The notes beneath the pieces are model-generated. The model was not told the DNA's origin and did not search any database. It saw only the letters and a program-made list of their open reading frames with translations. Shown here piece after piece: positions 39,247 through 47,527 of a stretch of 64,000 nucleotides of DNA. Positions within the stretch are counted from its first letter, which is position 1, and the number at the start of each line of letters is the position of its first letter. Both the position numbers and the translations under genes were made by a program. The stretch is from Actinomycetes bacterium (GTDB lineage: Bacteria > Actinomycetota > Actinomycetes > Nanopelagicales > Nanopelagicaceae), in contig JANMBV010000022.1 of NCBI GenBank assembly GCA_031360585.1, forward strand, positions 31,694-95,693, read 5' to 3'.

Positions 39247-40488
39247 CTAAATCTCTATGCCGCTTGCATCTTCTTCACGGATGGTCCAACTGGTCCCGTA
39301 AGACTCAAGTAGATCAAGGAATGGCTTTGGCTCAAACCATTCCGGACCATTAACACCTGATGGCTCCCAGATACCTTTGTGGATCAATTCCATTGCAACT
39401 AATGGGTTCACCGCGGTCTGCCACACGACGGCTTGGTCTCCGTATTCCCTCATAGACCATTCATTGTCGATGACGTTGTAGATGTAGCAGGCATATGGCT
39501 CACCCTCTTTATTCAGACCTTTCACGAGCGCGCCTGCGCATGTCTTGCCTTTCATGCGCTCGCCCAGTGTCGCAGGGTCAGGCAAAGATGCCGCGAGCAG
39601 ATCCCGAGGAGATACCGAGACACCTTGGACCTCAACATTTTCTTTACGGTCCATGCCGAGCATATGAATAGTCTTCAAAGTCGTTATGAACTCAGCACCT
39701 AAGCCGTATTTGAAGTTGACCTTTTTGGCATCCACTTTCTGTGGAATGAGAACAACTTCCTCGTGCTCAACGTTGACGCATTCGACAGGTCCGATTCCTT
39801 CAGGGAAATCGAAAGTTTCTATTTCGCTAAATGGCTCGGTTGTAAACCAACCGCGACCGTCTTCCCAGACCAGTGGCGGATTGAGGCATTCTTCGATTGT
39901 TGTCCAGATGGAAAAGGACGGGGCAAAATCATGACCCTCGACGGTCAGGTTTGATCCGTCCAGAACGGTGATGGAATCAATTCGACTAAAGAGATGATCC
40001 GAGGCATAACGCGCAAAGACATCGCTCATCCCGGGTTCGATGCCCATTCCGACGAGTGCGTAGATGCCGCGCTCGCTCCAGTTCCAGTCGCGTGCAAACT
40101 GCTCATCACCCAACTTCACTCCAGTTTCGGTGTTTGGATAATGAGGGTGCGGCCTGGATAGGGACATGGCCATGTCGATGTAGTTGGTGTTCTCGATCTC
40201 ACAAGCCAAGAAGATCGGCATGACAAATCGCGGATCTACGGCATTGATGACCACGTCAGGATCGGCCTTGCGGATCAGTTCGCGGATATCTTCAAGCTCG
40301 GCTGCGTTTACTTGGGCGGCGGAGAAGCGAGAGTCCTTAACCCTGGCCACTGCTTCTTCGGCCCTGGCCAAAGTGCGATCCGCGATCACCATGGAACTGA
40401 TAAATGACCTTCGGGAAGCGATATTTGCTATTGCCCTGCCAACGCCGCCTGCGCCTATAACTAGCGCTTTCATTGAACGGCCTTTCAT
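39247..40488 (-). CDS. Saccharopine dehydrogenase family protein (carboxy(nor)spermidine-dehydrogenase-like)
   Basis: About 410 aa. Has a Rossmann motif (MKALVIGAGGVGRAI), DVVINA, a GIEPGMSDVF segment, and LPDPATL....GKTCAG..V.G........YIYN, which parallels CANSDH/saccharopine reductase sequences as I recall them. The start is at 40488 or 40473. Confidence 0.7.
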   Translation of the reverse strand: MKGRSMKALVIGAGGVGRAIANIASRRSFISSMVIADRTLARAEEAVARVKDSRFSAAQVNAAELEDIRELIRKADPDVVINAVDPRFVMPIFLACEIENTNYIDMAMSLSRPHPHYPNTETGVKLGDEQFARDWNWSERGIYALVGMGIEPGMSDVFARYASDHLFSRIDSITVLDGSNLTVEGHDFAPSFSIWTTIEECLNPPLVWEDGRGWFTTEPFSEIETFDFPEGIGPVECVNVEHEEVVLIPQKVDAKKVNFKYGLGAEFITTLKTIHMLGMDRKENVEVQGVSVSPRDLLAASLPDPATLGERMKGKTCAGALVKGLNKEGEPYACYIYNVIDNEWSMREYGDQAVVWQTAVNPLVAMELIHKGIWEPSGVNGPEWFEPKPFLDLLESYGTSWTIREEDASGIEI

Positions 40489-40564
40489 TGATGTAACTAT
40501 TGATCGTAATTAGAAGACCAATGCTAGCCAAAGTCCTTTAATCTGCCAATATTGCGCATGAAAG

Positions 40565-40637
40565 GTCCTCGTAGCTCAGTGGATAGAGCAACCGCCTCCT
40601 AAGCGGTAGGTCGCCGGTCCGACTCCGGCCGAGGACA
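40565..40637 (+). tRNA. tRNA-Arg (anticodon CCT)
   Basis: Hand-folded cloverleaf. Acceptor stem GTCCTCG/CGAGGAC, D arm GCTC-AGTGGATA-GAGC, anticodon arm ACCGC-CTCCTAA-GCGGT (CCT at 40598-40600), variable loop AGGTC, T arm GCCGG-TCCGACT-CCGGC, discriminator A. No encoded CCA. The T-loop has C at position 55. Confidence 0.85.
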
Positions 40638-40657
40638 CTCTATTTTTGGATTGCTTT

Positions 40658-41911
40658 TTACGGCGCAAGGGATCCAATTGAAAGCACATAGATACCATCT
40701 CTTCGCACATAATTTGGCCCGGTAGCAGTGAGCACCGCCATGAATTGTGGTTCTCCGCACGCTGAGATATCCAATTTATTCTTGAACTTTTGCAGATTTG
40801 AAGCAGCTTGTTCAATATGGCTTTGGCCAAGTTTAATCTCAATTGCCGCCCACTGATTATCCGCGTTTTCCAATATGGCATCTACCTCAATTCCAGTTTC
40901 ATCTCGATATTGCATTACATTTCCTGAGAAAGCTTGCATGTATACACGCAGGTCACGGATAGCTAGGTTTTCAAACAAGAATCCAAGAAATTGGATTTCA
41001 CCACCAAGAAGTTTGGATGGTGACACGCTCAATGCAGCTGCAGCAATCGCAGGATCAACAAAATATCGAGTTGAACTTGCACTAACGCGATCACGAGATC
41101 TAAGTCTGGGAGTCCAAGGTAGATTGTTTTCTGTCACCATAACGCGATCTAGCGAATCTAGATATCCTGCAACAATTTTTCGATCTAATGGAGTACCATC
41201 TTCAGCTGCATCCCTTGCAATAACAGAGTTTGACGCTTTAGTTCCAACATTGCGCGCGAGGGAATGTAGCACCCTTTGAACTTTGTTTTTGTTGTAGTTT
41301 TTTCCACTCACACGCTGTAAATCAATATTTGCAATTTCATCTAAGTAGGATTTCATTGATTTTCTTGCGGTGTTCACATCCATCACTTGTTGATTTGGCC
41401 ATCCACCTACGCAAATTCGATTCACAATATCTTGAATCTTTAACCCTGGGTCTACGCTTAGCGGTTGTTGACCTTCAAAGAGTGACTGAAGCGATACAGC
41501 GCCGGAACTGTGATTTGTTTCCAAGAGTGTCATTGGACGCATTTTCAACCGTGCCACTCGTCCTGCGCCGGAGTCCCGAATCCCATCATCTTTTGGGATT
41601 GAAGAACCGGTTAGAATGAATTCACCTGTTCTTTGCCTGGTATCGACTGCAACTTTTACCCAATTCCAAAGGTGTGGGGCTAATTGCCACTCATCTATCA
41701 GAATCGGTGGCTCTCCAATGAGAAGCAGATTGGGCGATACGTCAGCCAACTCTCTGGCCTGCGGATCTGTATCAAGTCTGATGACTGTTTTTGCGAGTTG
41801 CTTCGCTGTCTCAGTTTTTCCGACTGCCTTAGGTCCTTCGATGACGACAAAGCCCGCGAATGCCAGCATCTCTCTTAACTGCGCATCAACGATGCGTACC
41901 GTATAGGTCAT
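40658..41911 (-). CDS. AAA-type ATP-binding protein with DUF4143-like C-terminal domain
   Basis: Walker A (GPKAVGKTETAK) and Walker B-like (ILIDEWQ). Length of about 417 aa and overall pattern fit the AAA_14 + DUF4143 family. The start was chosen at the ATG at 41911 (MTYTVRIV). Lies 20 nt from tRNA-Arg. Confidence 0.7.
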   Translation of the reverse strand: MTYTVRIVDAQLREMLAFAGFVVIEGPKAVGKTETAKQLAKTVIRLDTDPQARELADVSPNLLLIGEPPILIDEWQLAPHLWNWVKVAVDTRQRTGEFILTGSSIPKDDGIRDSGAGRVARLKMRPMTLLETNHSSGAVSLQSLFEGQQPLSVDPGLKIQDIVNRICVGGWPNQQVMDVNTARKSMKSYLDEIANIDLQRVSGKNYNKNKVQRVLHSLARNVGTKASNSVIARDAAEDGTPLDRKIVAGYLDSLDRVMVTENNLPWTPRLRSRDRVSASSTRYFVDPAIAAAALSVSPSKLLGGEIQFLGFLFENLAIRDLRVYMQAFSGNVMQYRDETGIEVDAILENADNQWAAIEIKLGQSHIEQAASNLQKFKNKLDISACGEPQFMAVLTATGPNYVRRDGIYVLSIGSLAP

Positions 41912-42107
41912 TTTTGCCTCATTCCTAGGCTCAGGTAAGTAGAATACCCCAACTTTCCGGTCTTTTACACCCCAACTTTCCGGACGACTTAGGCCTTGAA
42001 GTCCTATCAAGGGGCTTCAATACGTTTGCGCAAGTGAGAATAAGGAGATTAAGGCGAAAATCAGCAAGACGGTCCTGTCGAGATACACATTACGCAGCAA
42101 AAAGGAT

Positions 42108-43532
42108 CTAATTGAGATTATCGGTGTCTAGAATCTTGAACCATGTCTGTCCAGAGTTAGTGGATTTAAATACAAAACCGACTTGATGCGATTTGTCGTC
42201 TGTGTAGTGACCTGCCGCATACCAAGTACCGTCTGAAGAAATGGCCAAGCGCGTGACTCGCGTTGAATGACCAGTCAAGGAAGGCAGCGAACCTGCTGGT
42301 GTTAGAGATTGCCCATTGGAACTGAATTTCGTAATTGTTCCGAACCCGTCCGCAATGAGTCCAGTGGTTCCAGTTTTATCACCTGAATCATAAGTAATTC
42401 CGCGAAGCGGAAGGAGGCCATTCAATTTTATCCATGTTGCGCCGCCGTCTGACGTAGAAATAGTATTCCCATCGAAGGTAATTCCAATTGCGTTAAGGGG
42501 ATTGTTCTCTGAAAATTCGATGTTGGAAAATCCACTGCTGAGTGAATCTATGCGTACCCACGTTGCGCCGCCATCAACTGTTTTGAGGATTCCCAAGCCT
42601 GGTCCGAAAGTAGATCCAGTTGAGCTTCTCTGTCTACCCAAAGTTGCCACGGTTACGATCTTGTCATCGTTGGGATCAATGACGATGGCTTGAACGCCAA
42701 TGTCAGCTGGTGCACCTGTTGGCAATTCGCTCCAGGTCAAACCGCCATTTGTAGTCTTGTAAATCACGCCTTTCTTCACATAGACCGTGTTACCACCGTC
42801 CAGGCTCCGACCATTTGTCGTAGTGCCGGCATACATAACTTGTGAATTTTGATGTGAGATAGCTAAGCCATCATGTACATAAACACCGATACCATCTTGA
42901 GTCAGAATCTGCTTCCAGTTTTTGCCACCATCTTTAGATTCATATAGACCAGCATTTTCTGAAAAGTAATCTTTGATGGTGCCAGGTTCGCTGGCCCTTG
43001 AGACCACTAGGTGATTGGAATCTCGCGAATCCATAACCAATGTTGAGAATTCTGTATGGCAAGGTTTCTTCCTGTCAGAGGCGAGTGGGTAGCCGATCAA
43101 CCCCGATGAAGAGATCTTCCATGTCGCACCAGCATCGGAAGAAATGTAAAAACCTTTGTATTCAATTCCGATACCTAGCCGATTGGGATCCTTCGGATCT
43201 ACAAAGAAAGTCTTCTGAGAACGGAATCCTTGGTTTCCATCCGAGCTCTTACATTCCATGGGCTGCGCGGTTCCGCCATTGTTGCTGATGGATCGCACTA
43301 CACCGAAGGCGCCCGCATCGACTAACACCGTCCCAGGTTTGGTCTTTGCCTCTGAGACAGGAGGGGAAGTCGGTCCTAAATTGTTCTGTTTGTCTATCCG
43401 AGATCCTTTATCCCACAGGCGTAATTTGCCTTTTGCTAAGCATGTGAAGATCTTGCCGTTATAGGCCTGCTTTGCATTCGACTTTGGGCAAGGGCCGTCG
43501 GCTTTCGGATTGGCTGCCTGCGAAATTGGCAT
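42108..43532 (-). CDS. BNR/Asp-box repeat protein (sialidase-fold / Ycf48-like beta-propeller), probably secreted; 5' end apparently frameshifted
   Basis: Six S-x-D-x-G-x-[TN]-W Asp-boxes (SSDAGATW, SKDGGKNW, TTNGGLTW, TVDGGATW, TSDGGATW, STNSGQTW). No signal peptide in this frame, but one is encoded just upstream in another frame (see findings). Confidence 0.7.
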   Translation of the reverse strand: MPISQAANPKADGPCPKSNAKQAYNGKIFTCLAKGKLRLWDKGSRIDKQNNLGPTSPPVSEAKTKPGTVLVDAGAFGVVRSISNNGGTAQPMECKSSDGNQGFRSQKTFFVDPKDPNRLGIGIEYKGFYISSDAGATWKISSSGLIGYPLASDRKKPCHTEFSTLVMDSRDSNHLVVSRASEPGTIKDYFSENAGLYESKDGGKNWKQILTQDGIGVYVHDGLAISHQNSQVMYAGTTTNGRSLDGGNTVYVKKGVIYKTTNGGLTWSELPTGAPADIGVQAIVIDPNDDKIVTVATLGRQRSSTGSTFGPGLGILKTVDGGATWVRIDSLSSGFSNIEFSENNPLNAIGITFDGNTISTSDGGATWIKLNGLLPLRGITYDSGDKTGTTGLIADGFGTITKFSSNGQSLTPAGSLPSLTGHSTRVTRLAISSDGTWYAAGHYTDDKSHQVGFVFKSTNSGQTWFKILDTDNLN

Positions 43533-43662
43533 GGAGAGTAGAAAAAAATGGCAGTAAGAGTCATGATTCTTTTCATGAGCATAGGCTATTCGCAGAATGC
43601 GAGTTCGTACACAGTGGCTATCCTTGATCAGGACAAGATTTGTGCGGCCAGAGTAATGAAAA

Positions 43663-45777
43663 CTAGTGTGTGAGCGTAAATCGCTTCAATGATTTGGGAG
43701 CCCACCAGTTTTTTTCACCAAAGAGGCGCATTAATGCCGGGACTAGAAATGCACGAATCAGCGTGGCATCAAGCAGAACTGCGAATGCCACTCCAAATCC
43801 CATTGACTTTATGGGTGTGACTCCACTGGTAATAAATGCTGCGAAAACAACTGCAAGGAGCATCGCGGCAGCTGTAATAATTCTGGCAGACTTTTGTAGA
43901 CCCGTTGCTACCGATTCCATGTTTGATTTACCAGCAAAGTGCTCTTCGCGAATGCGAGAAAGTAAGAAGATTTCATAGTCCATCGAAAGTCCGAATACGA
44001 CCACTGCAACCAGGATCGTAGTACCGGTATCAAGCGTTCCTGTTTGTGTGAAATCTCCTACTAGCCATTTCAAGTGGCCATCGATAAATACCCAACTCAA
44101 AATACCCAACGTCGCGGCCAGGGAAAGTCCGTTAAGGATTACTGCCTTGATCGGAAGAATAATTGAACCAGTAAAGATAAAAATTAGAATAAGAACGCTC
44201 AGTGCGATCCAACCCAGTGCCCAAGGAAGTGTATGTGCAATTCCATCCTGCGTGTCCGTGAAATCGGCGGCTGCACCGCCAATCAGAGTTCCGGACGGGG
44301 CATGAATCTTGCGAATGGCGTGAATGAGTTTTTCTGCTTGAGTTGTTCGAGAAGGCATTGCCTGAACTGCCGAAATTCGTAAATCAGTTCCATTGCTCTG
44401 TGCGGGATTGACATGGACAATTCCGCTAACTCCACTGACTAGTTTTATGTAAGTAGCCACCTCCGCAGTCTTTTGGGTACCTCCGGGAATAATGATTTCT
44501 ATCGGACTCCCTTCCTGTCCAGGGAAGCGATCTGCAATTACTTGCGCAGCGATAGCCGCTCTATTCGACTTGGGAAGAGCTCTCGAATCTGTTTGGCCAA
44601 ATGCGATATTTTTAATCGGAGCAGCGATGATTGTTAAAATCAGTAAAGAAATCACCACAACAGGGATTGGGCGGCGCATAACCAACCGTGCAGTGGCTGC
44701 CCAACGACCATCTGATTTAGGGATGATAGCGCTCTTACGCACGACGCCCTTATCTACCTTATTTCCGATTATTGCAAGTATGGCAGGAAGGGGGATTAGC
44801 GCTCCTGCTACTGCGAGGGTTACAACCGATATTCCGGCGTATCCAAAAGATTTAAGAAAACTCAAAGGGAAAAATATCAATGAACTTAAGGTGACAAATA
44901 CTGTGAGCCCAGAGTAGAACACAGTTTTCCCGGCAGTTAAAACGGTTGTCACAACTGAATCTTCAACACTCTTACCAGAGTGGAGTTCCTCGCGGAAGCG
45001 ATTAACGATAAGCAATGCGTAATCAATTCCCAGTCCAAGCCCTAATCCCGTGATCAAATTAAGCGCAAAAATACTTACATTGGTGAAAAGGGTAAAGAGG
45101 AAGATCAGAAAGAATGCGCCCAGGATGGCGCTGACTCCCACGACAAGTGGCATAGTTGAGGCAACCAATGCACCAAAAACAAAAGCTAAAAGGATGAATG
45201 TCAGTGGAATTGAAATTGCCTCGGCAATAGCCAGATCTTTAGAAATTTTTGAGTTGATTGCGTTTCCAATCACCCCAGCACCCGATGTATACACGGTGAG
45301 GGATTCGAATTTTCCATCGAATTTACTCTGAATATTTTTACCTACTTGACTCATGCTGGAAAAATCCGTTTTAGATGTGTAGACAAAGAGAAAGGCAGCC
45401 TTGCCATCGCGGGACATCAGCGAAGGTGCGTTGCCAGTCGACCAGTAGGAGAGGGTCTGTGAAACACCCGGCACAGCTCTGACTTGGGTCTCCAAGCGAG
45501 CGGCGGATGCTGCAACGGCTGGATCACTCACTTTGGTAGAACCTGCGTCCACGACGAGGACAATTCCAGGATCCTTCACGTGGAAGTGTGTCGTCAGGTA
45601 GTTAGCGGCCCTTACAGACTCGCTTTTTGGATCTGAATACCCGCCACCGTCGAGTTTGCTAAAGGCCAATGAGCCGATTCCTCCCGCAGCAAAGACAACG
45701 AGCAGGAAAATGATGAGGGTCGATTTGCGGCGACGTACCACTGTGCGTGCGAGGGCGTTGAACACGAATATCTCCAT
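43663..45777 (-). CDS. MMPL-family (RND superfamily) transporter
   Basis: 704 aa with two 6-TM bundles, two extracytoplasmic loops, and a GIDYALLIVNRFREEL-type motif. Divergent from a TetR gene. Confidence 0.85.
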   Translation of the reverse strand: MEIFVFNALARTVVRRRKSTLIIFLLVVFAAGGIGSLAFSKLDGGGYSDPKSESVRAANYLTTHFHVKDPGIVLVVDAGSTKVSDPAVAASAARLETQVRAVPGVSQTLSYWSTGNAPSLMSRDGKAAFLFVYTSKTDFSSMSQVGKNIQSKFDGKFESLTVYTSGAGVIGNAINSKISKDLAIAEAISIPLTFILLAFVFGALVASTMPLVVGVSAILGAFFLIFLFTLFTNVSIFALNLITGLGLGLGIDYALLIVNRFREELHSGKSVEDSVVTTVLTAGKTVFYSGLTVFVTLSSLIFFPLSFLKSFGYAGISVVTLAVAGALIPLPAILAIIGNKVDKGVVRKSAIIPKSDGRWAATARLVMRRPIPVVVISLLILTIIAAPIKNIAFGQTDSRALPKSNRAAIAAQVIADRFPGQEGSPIEIIIPGGTQKTAEVATYIKLVSGVSGIVHVNPAQSNGTDLRISAVQAMPSRTTQAEKLIHAIRKIHAPSGTLIGGAAADFTDTQDGIAHTLPWALGWIALSVLILIFIFTGSIILPIKAVILNGLSLAATLGILSWVFIDGHLKWLVGDFTQTGTLDTGTTILVAVVVFGLSMDYEIFLLSRIREEHFAGKSNMESVATGLQKSARIITAAAMLLAVVFAAFITSGVTPIKSMGFGVAFAVLLDATLIRAFLVPALMRLFGEKNWWAPKSLKRFTLTH

Positions 45778-45845
45778 ATCTGAACGATGTGCAGATTATT
45801 CTCCGAGGAATTGAACATTGTCAAGATTGGGGAGATGATTCTCGT

Positions 45846-46460
45846 ATGTCATTGCTCAAACCCCGTGGTACCTACCATCACGGCAACCTCGAGGCGGCCC
45901 TCATCGGTGCCGCGACGGAGATGGTTCGGGCCAACGGGGCAGAGCACCTCTCCTTGCGCGCCGTCGCCGCTGAGGTGGGAGTCAGCCCAAGCGCTGCCTA
46001 CCACTACTACCCGGATAAGGATTGTTTGATCTTCGGGGTGGGCAAAGAGCTCTTTGAGAATCTGGCCGATCTGCAGGAGGCTGCCCTTGCGCAATTTCCA
46101 GGAAAGAATGCGAAGGCCGCTCGCTCGCGCTTTCGGGCCCTTGGCCGTGCCTATTTTGATTGGGCAGATAGCGAACCGAATCTTTTCCGATTGATGTTCG
46201 GGGGCTTCTGTTCTATTGATTTTGCTGATGCGCAGATCAAACGGCAAGAAAGCAGGGCCTGGAATCTTCTCTGTTCATGCCTGGACGATCTTCAAGAGTA
46301 TGGGGCCATTGACCCAATCGTGCGTCCCTATGGAGAAATACTTTCCTGGTCGACCGTTCACGGCGCCACTTCGTTGATAGTTGAAGGCCACATACCCAAA
46401 GATTCTTTCGAATCAGTTTTAGATGGACTAGAACTCTCACTTGGGATCAGACAATCATGA
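45846..46460 (+). CDS. TetR/AcrR-family transcriptional regulator
   Basis: N-terminal HTH (LSLRAVAAEVGVSPSAAYHYYPDKDCL). The start was chosen at the ATG at 45846. Divergent from the MMPL gene across a 68-bp spacer. Confidence 0.8.
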   Translation: MSLLKPRGTYHHGNLEAALIGAATEMVRANGAEHLSLRAVAAEVGVSPSAAYHYYPDKDCLIFGVGKELFENLADLQEAALAQFPGKNAKAARSRFRALGRAYFDWADSEPNLFRLMFGGFCSIDFADAQIKRQESRAWNLLCSCLDDLQEYGAIDPIVRPYGEILSWSTVHGATSLIVEGHIPKDSFESVLDGLELSLGIRQS

Positions 46461-46573
46461 GTGAGATTTGGCCAAAGACGACGGCAGATGAGCGCGATCC
46501 ACACGATGATGAAAATGAGAAGACTCTTCGGGAAGAAGAGATTAAATCCGACAAGCCCCCACACCACGACTAA
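46457..46573 (+). CDS. Candidate 38-aa acidic small protein (hypothetical)
   Basis: Hand-translated as MSEIWPKTTADERDPHDDENEKTLREEEIKSDKPPHHD. The ATG overlaps the TetR stop (ATGA). Not in the ORF track because it is under 60 aa. No homology evidence. Confidence 0.25.
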   Translation: MSEIWPKTTADERDPHDDENEKTLREEEIKSDKPPHHD

Positions 46574-46593
46574 TCACCAAGTCGGCAGTCTTG

Positions 46594-46878
46594 CTATTCG
46601 GAAGTCTTGGCCGTTGGTGCGCTTTCTGTGGTCGCCGTCGTGGCGGTCTTCTCTTTGGAGCTAGGGCTTTCTTTGGAAATGGGGCTTGCAGGCTTCGACT
46701 CGCTTTTTGAATCCGTCTTGTAGAAACCAGATCCCTTGAAGACAACGCCAACGGCCGAGTAGACCTTATTTAACTTTCCATTGCATTCTGGGCAGTGCGT
46801 CAATGAAGAATCGCTAAAGGCTTGAAAGACCTCAAATTCATGGAGGCAGGAGCTGCATGCGTACTGATATGTGGGCAC
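46594..46878 (-). CDS. FmdB-family zinc-ribbon protein with Ser/Lys-rich tail (Rv0991c/Ruc-like)
   Basis: MPTYQYACSSCLHEFEVFQ.......CPECNG.L.KV......FKGSGFY.TD carries the CxxC...CxxC FmdB signature, followed by a low-complexity S/K/T/A tail. Confidence 0.8.
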   Translation of the reverse strand: MPTYQYACSSCLHEFEVFQAFSDSSLTHCPECNGKLNKVYSAVGVVFKGSGFYKTDSKSESKPASPISKESPSSKEKTATTATTESAPTAKTSE

Positions 46879-46987
46879 TGAGCGTCTTCTCTCCTTTTAA
46901 GCGGTTTCCTCCGCGCGGGGCGGTAGAACGAAGTCTAAAGAAGTGGGACGATAGAGGCGAATTGTGTGATGCCTTGAGAGGGGACCC

Positions 46988-47527
46988 ATGAAGATGAAGA
47001 AGGCGCTGGCCTGCGCGCTGTTGGCATTTTTGGCTACCGTCCTGATGGCTGGCCCGGCCAGCGCGAATTCGCTGGTCAGTACCTCACCCGTCGCAGGTAC
47101 CACGTTAAATTCCACCCCTAGTTCCATCACCCTCAACACCCAGGATGTCGTGATGGAGACGGGCAACACGGTGACGGTGACTGATCCGCAAGGTGTCCGG
47201 GTCGACGATGGCACGCTGACAGTGAAGGCCGCAACGATCGTGGCGGGCTTGAAATTGATGAAGGTCAGCGGGCTCTACACAGTGGCCTACTCGCTGCTGA
47301 CCACTAATGATGTCCCATTGCAAGGCACGTTCACATTCACATTCAAGGCTCCAAGCGTGATTTCATCGGCTTCGCCTAGCGTGATAACTCCCTCCCCGAC
47401 TGCATCCGATGTCCCGGCAAGTTCGGGTTTGGGTGTTCCGGTCTTGATCGTAGGATTGATTTTTGCCGTGGGCGCAGTTTTCCTATTCCTCGTCTTCTAC
47501 GCATGGAAGCTCATAAAGAAGAAATGA
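46988..47527 (+). CDS. CopC-domain copper-binding protein with C-terminal membrane anchor
   Basis: Signal peptide plus the mature N-terminus SLVSTSPVAGTTL...P..I.L.F pattern of CopC/YobA, and a C-terminal TM helix. Followed by a CopD-like gene. Confidence 0.75.
   Translation: MKMKKALACALLAFLATVLMAGPASANSLVSTSPVAGTTLNSTPSSITLNTQDVVMETGNTVTVTDPQGVRVDDGTLTVKAATIVAGLKLMKVSGLYTVAYSLLTTNDVPLQGTFTFTFKAPSVISSASPSVITPSPTASDVPASSGLGVPVLIVGLIFAVGAVFLFLVFYAWKLIKKK

Noticed and set aside
40576-40881. 101-aa minus-strand ORF overlapping tRNA-Arg and the 3' end of the DUF4143 gene
   Set aside because: It overlaps a well-folding tRNA and sits in an alternative frame of a gene with clear Walker motifs. It has no motif of its own.
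45811-45824. Possible TetR operator TTGAACATTGTCAA in the MMPL-TetR divergent spacer
   Set aside because: Only 10 of 14 positions are palindromic, and I have no second copy or known consensus to compare. Too weak to list as a feature.
40638-46600. Direct repeat of the tRNA-Arg 3' end (att site) delimiting the AT-rich block
   Set aside because: I looked by eye at the gene junctions (42011-42107, 43533-43662, 45778-45845, 46461-46593) and found no copy of CCGACTCCGGCCGAGGAC or a substantial part of it. A computational search is still needed.
46461-46664. 67-aa plus-strand ORF and 69-aa minus-strand ORF (46542-46751) around the FmdB gene
   Set aside because: Both overlap the well-supported FmdB zinc-ribbon gene in other frames and are basic low-complexity translations.
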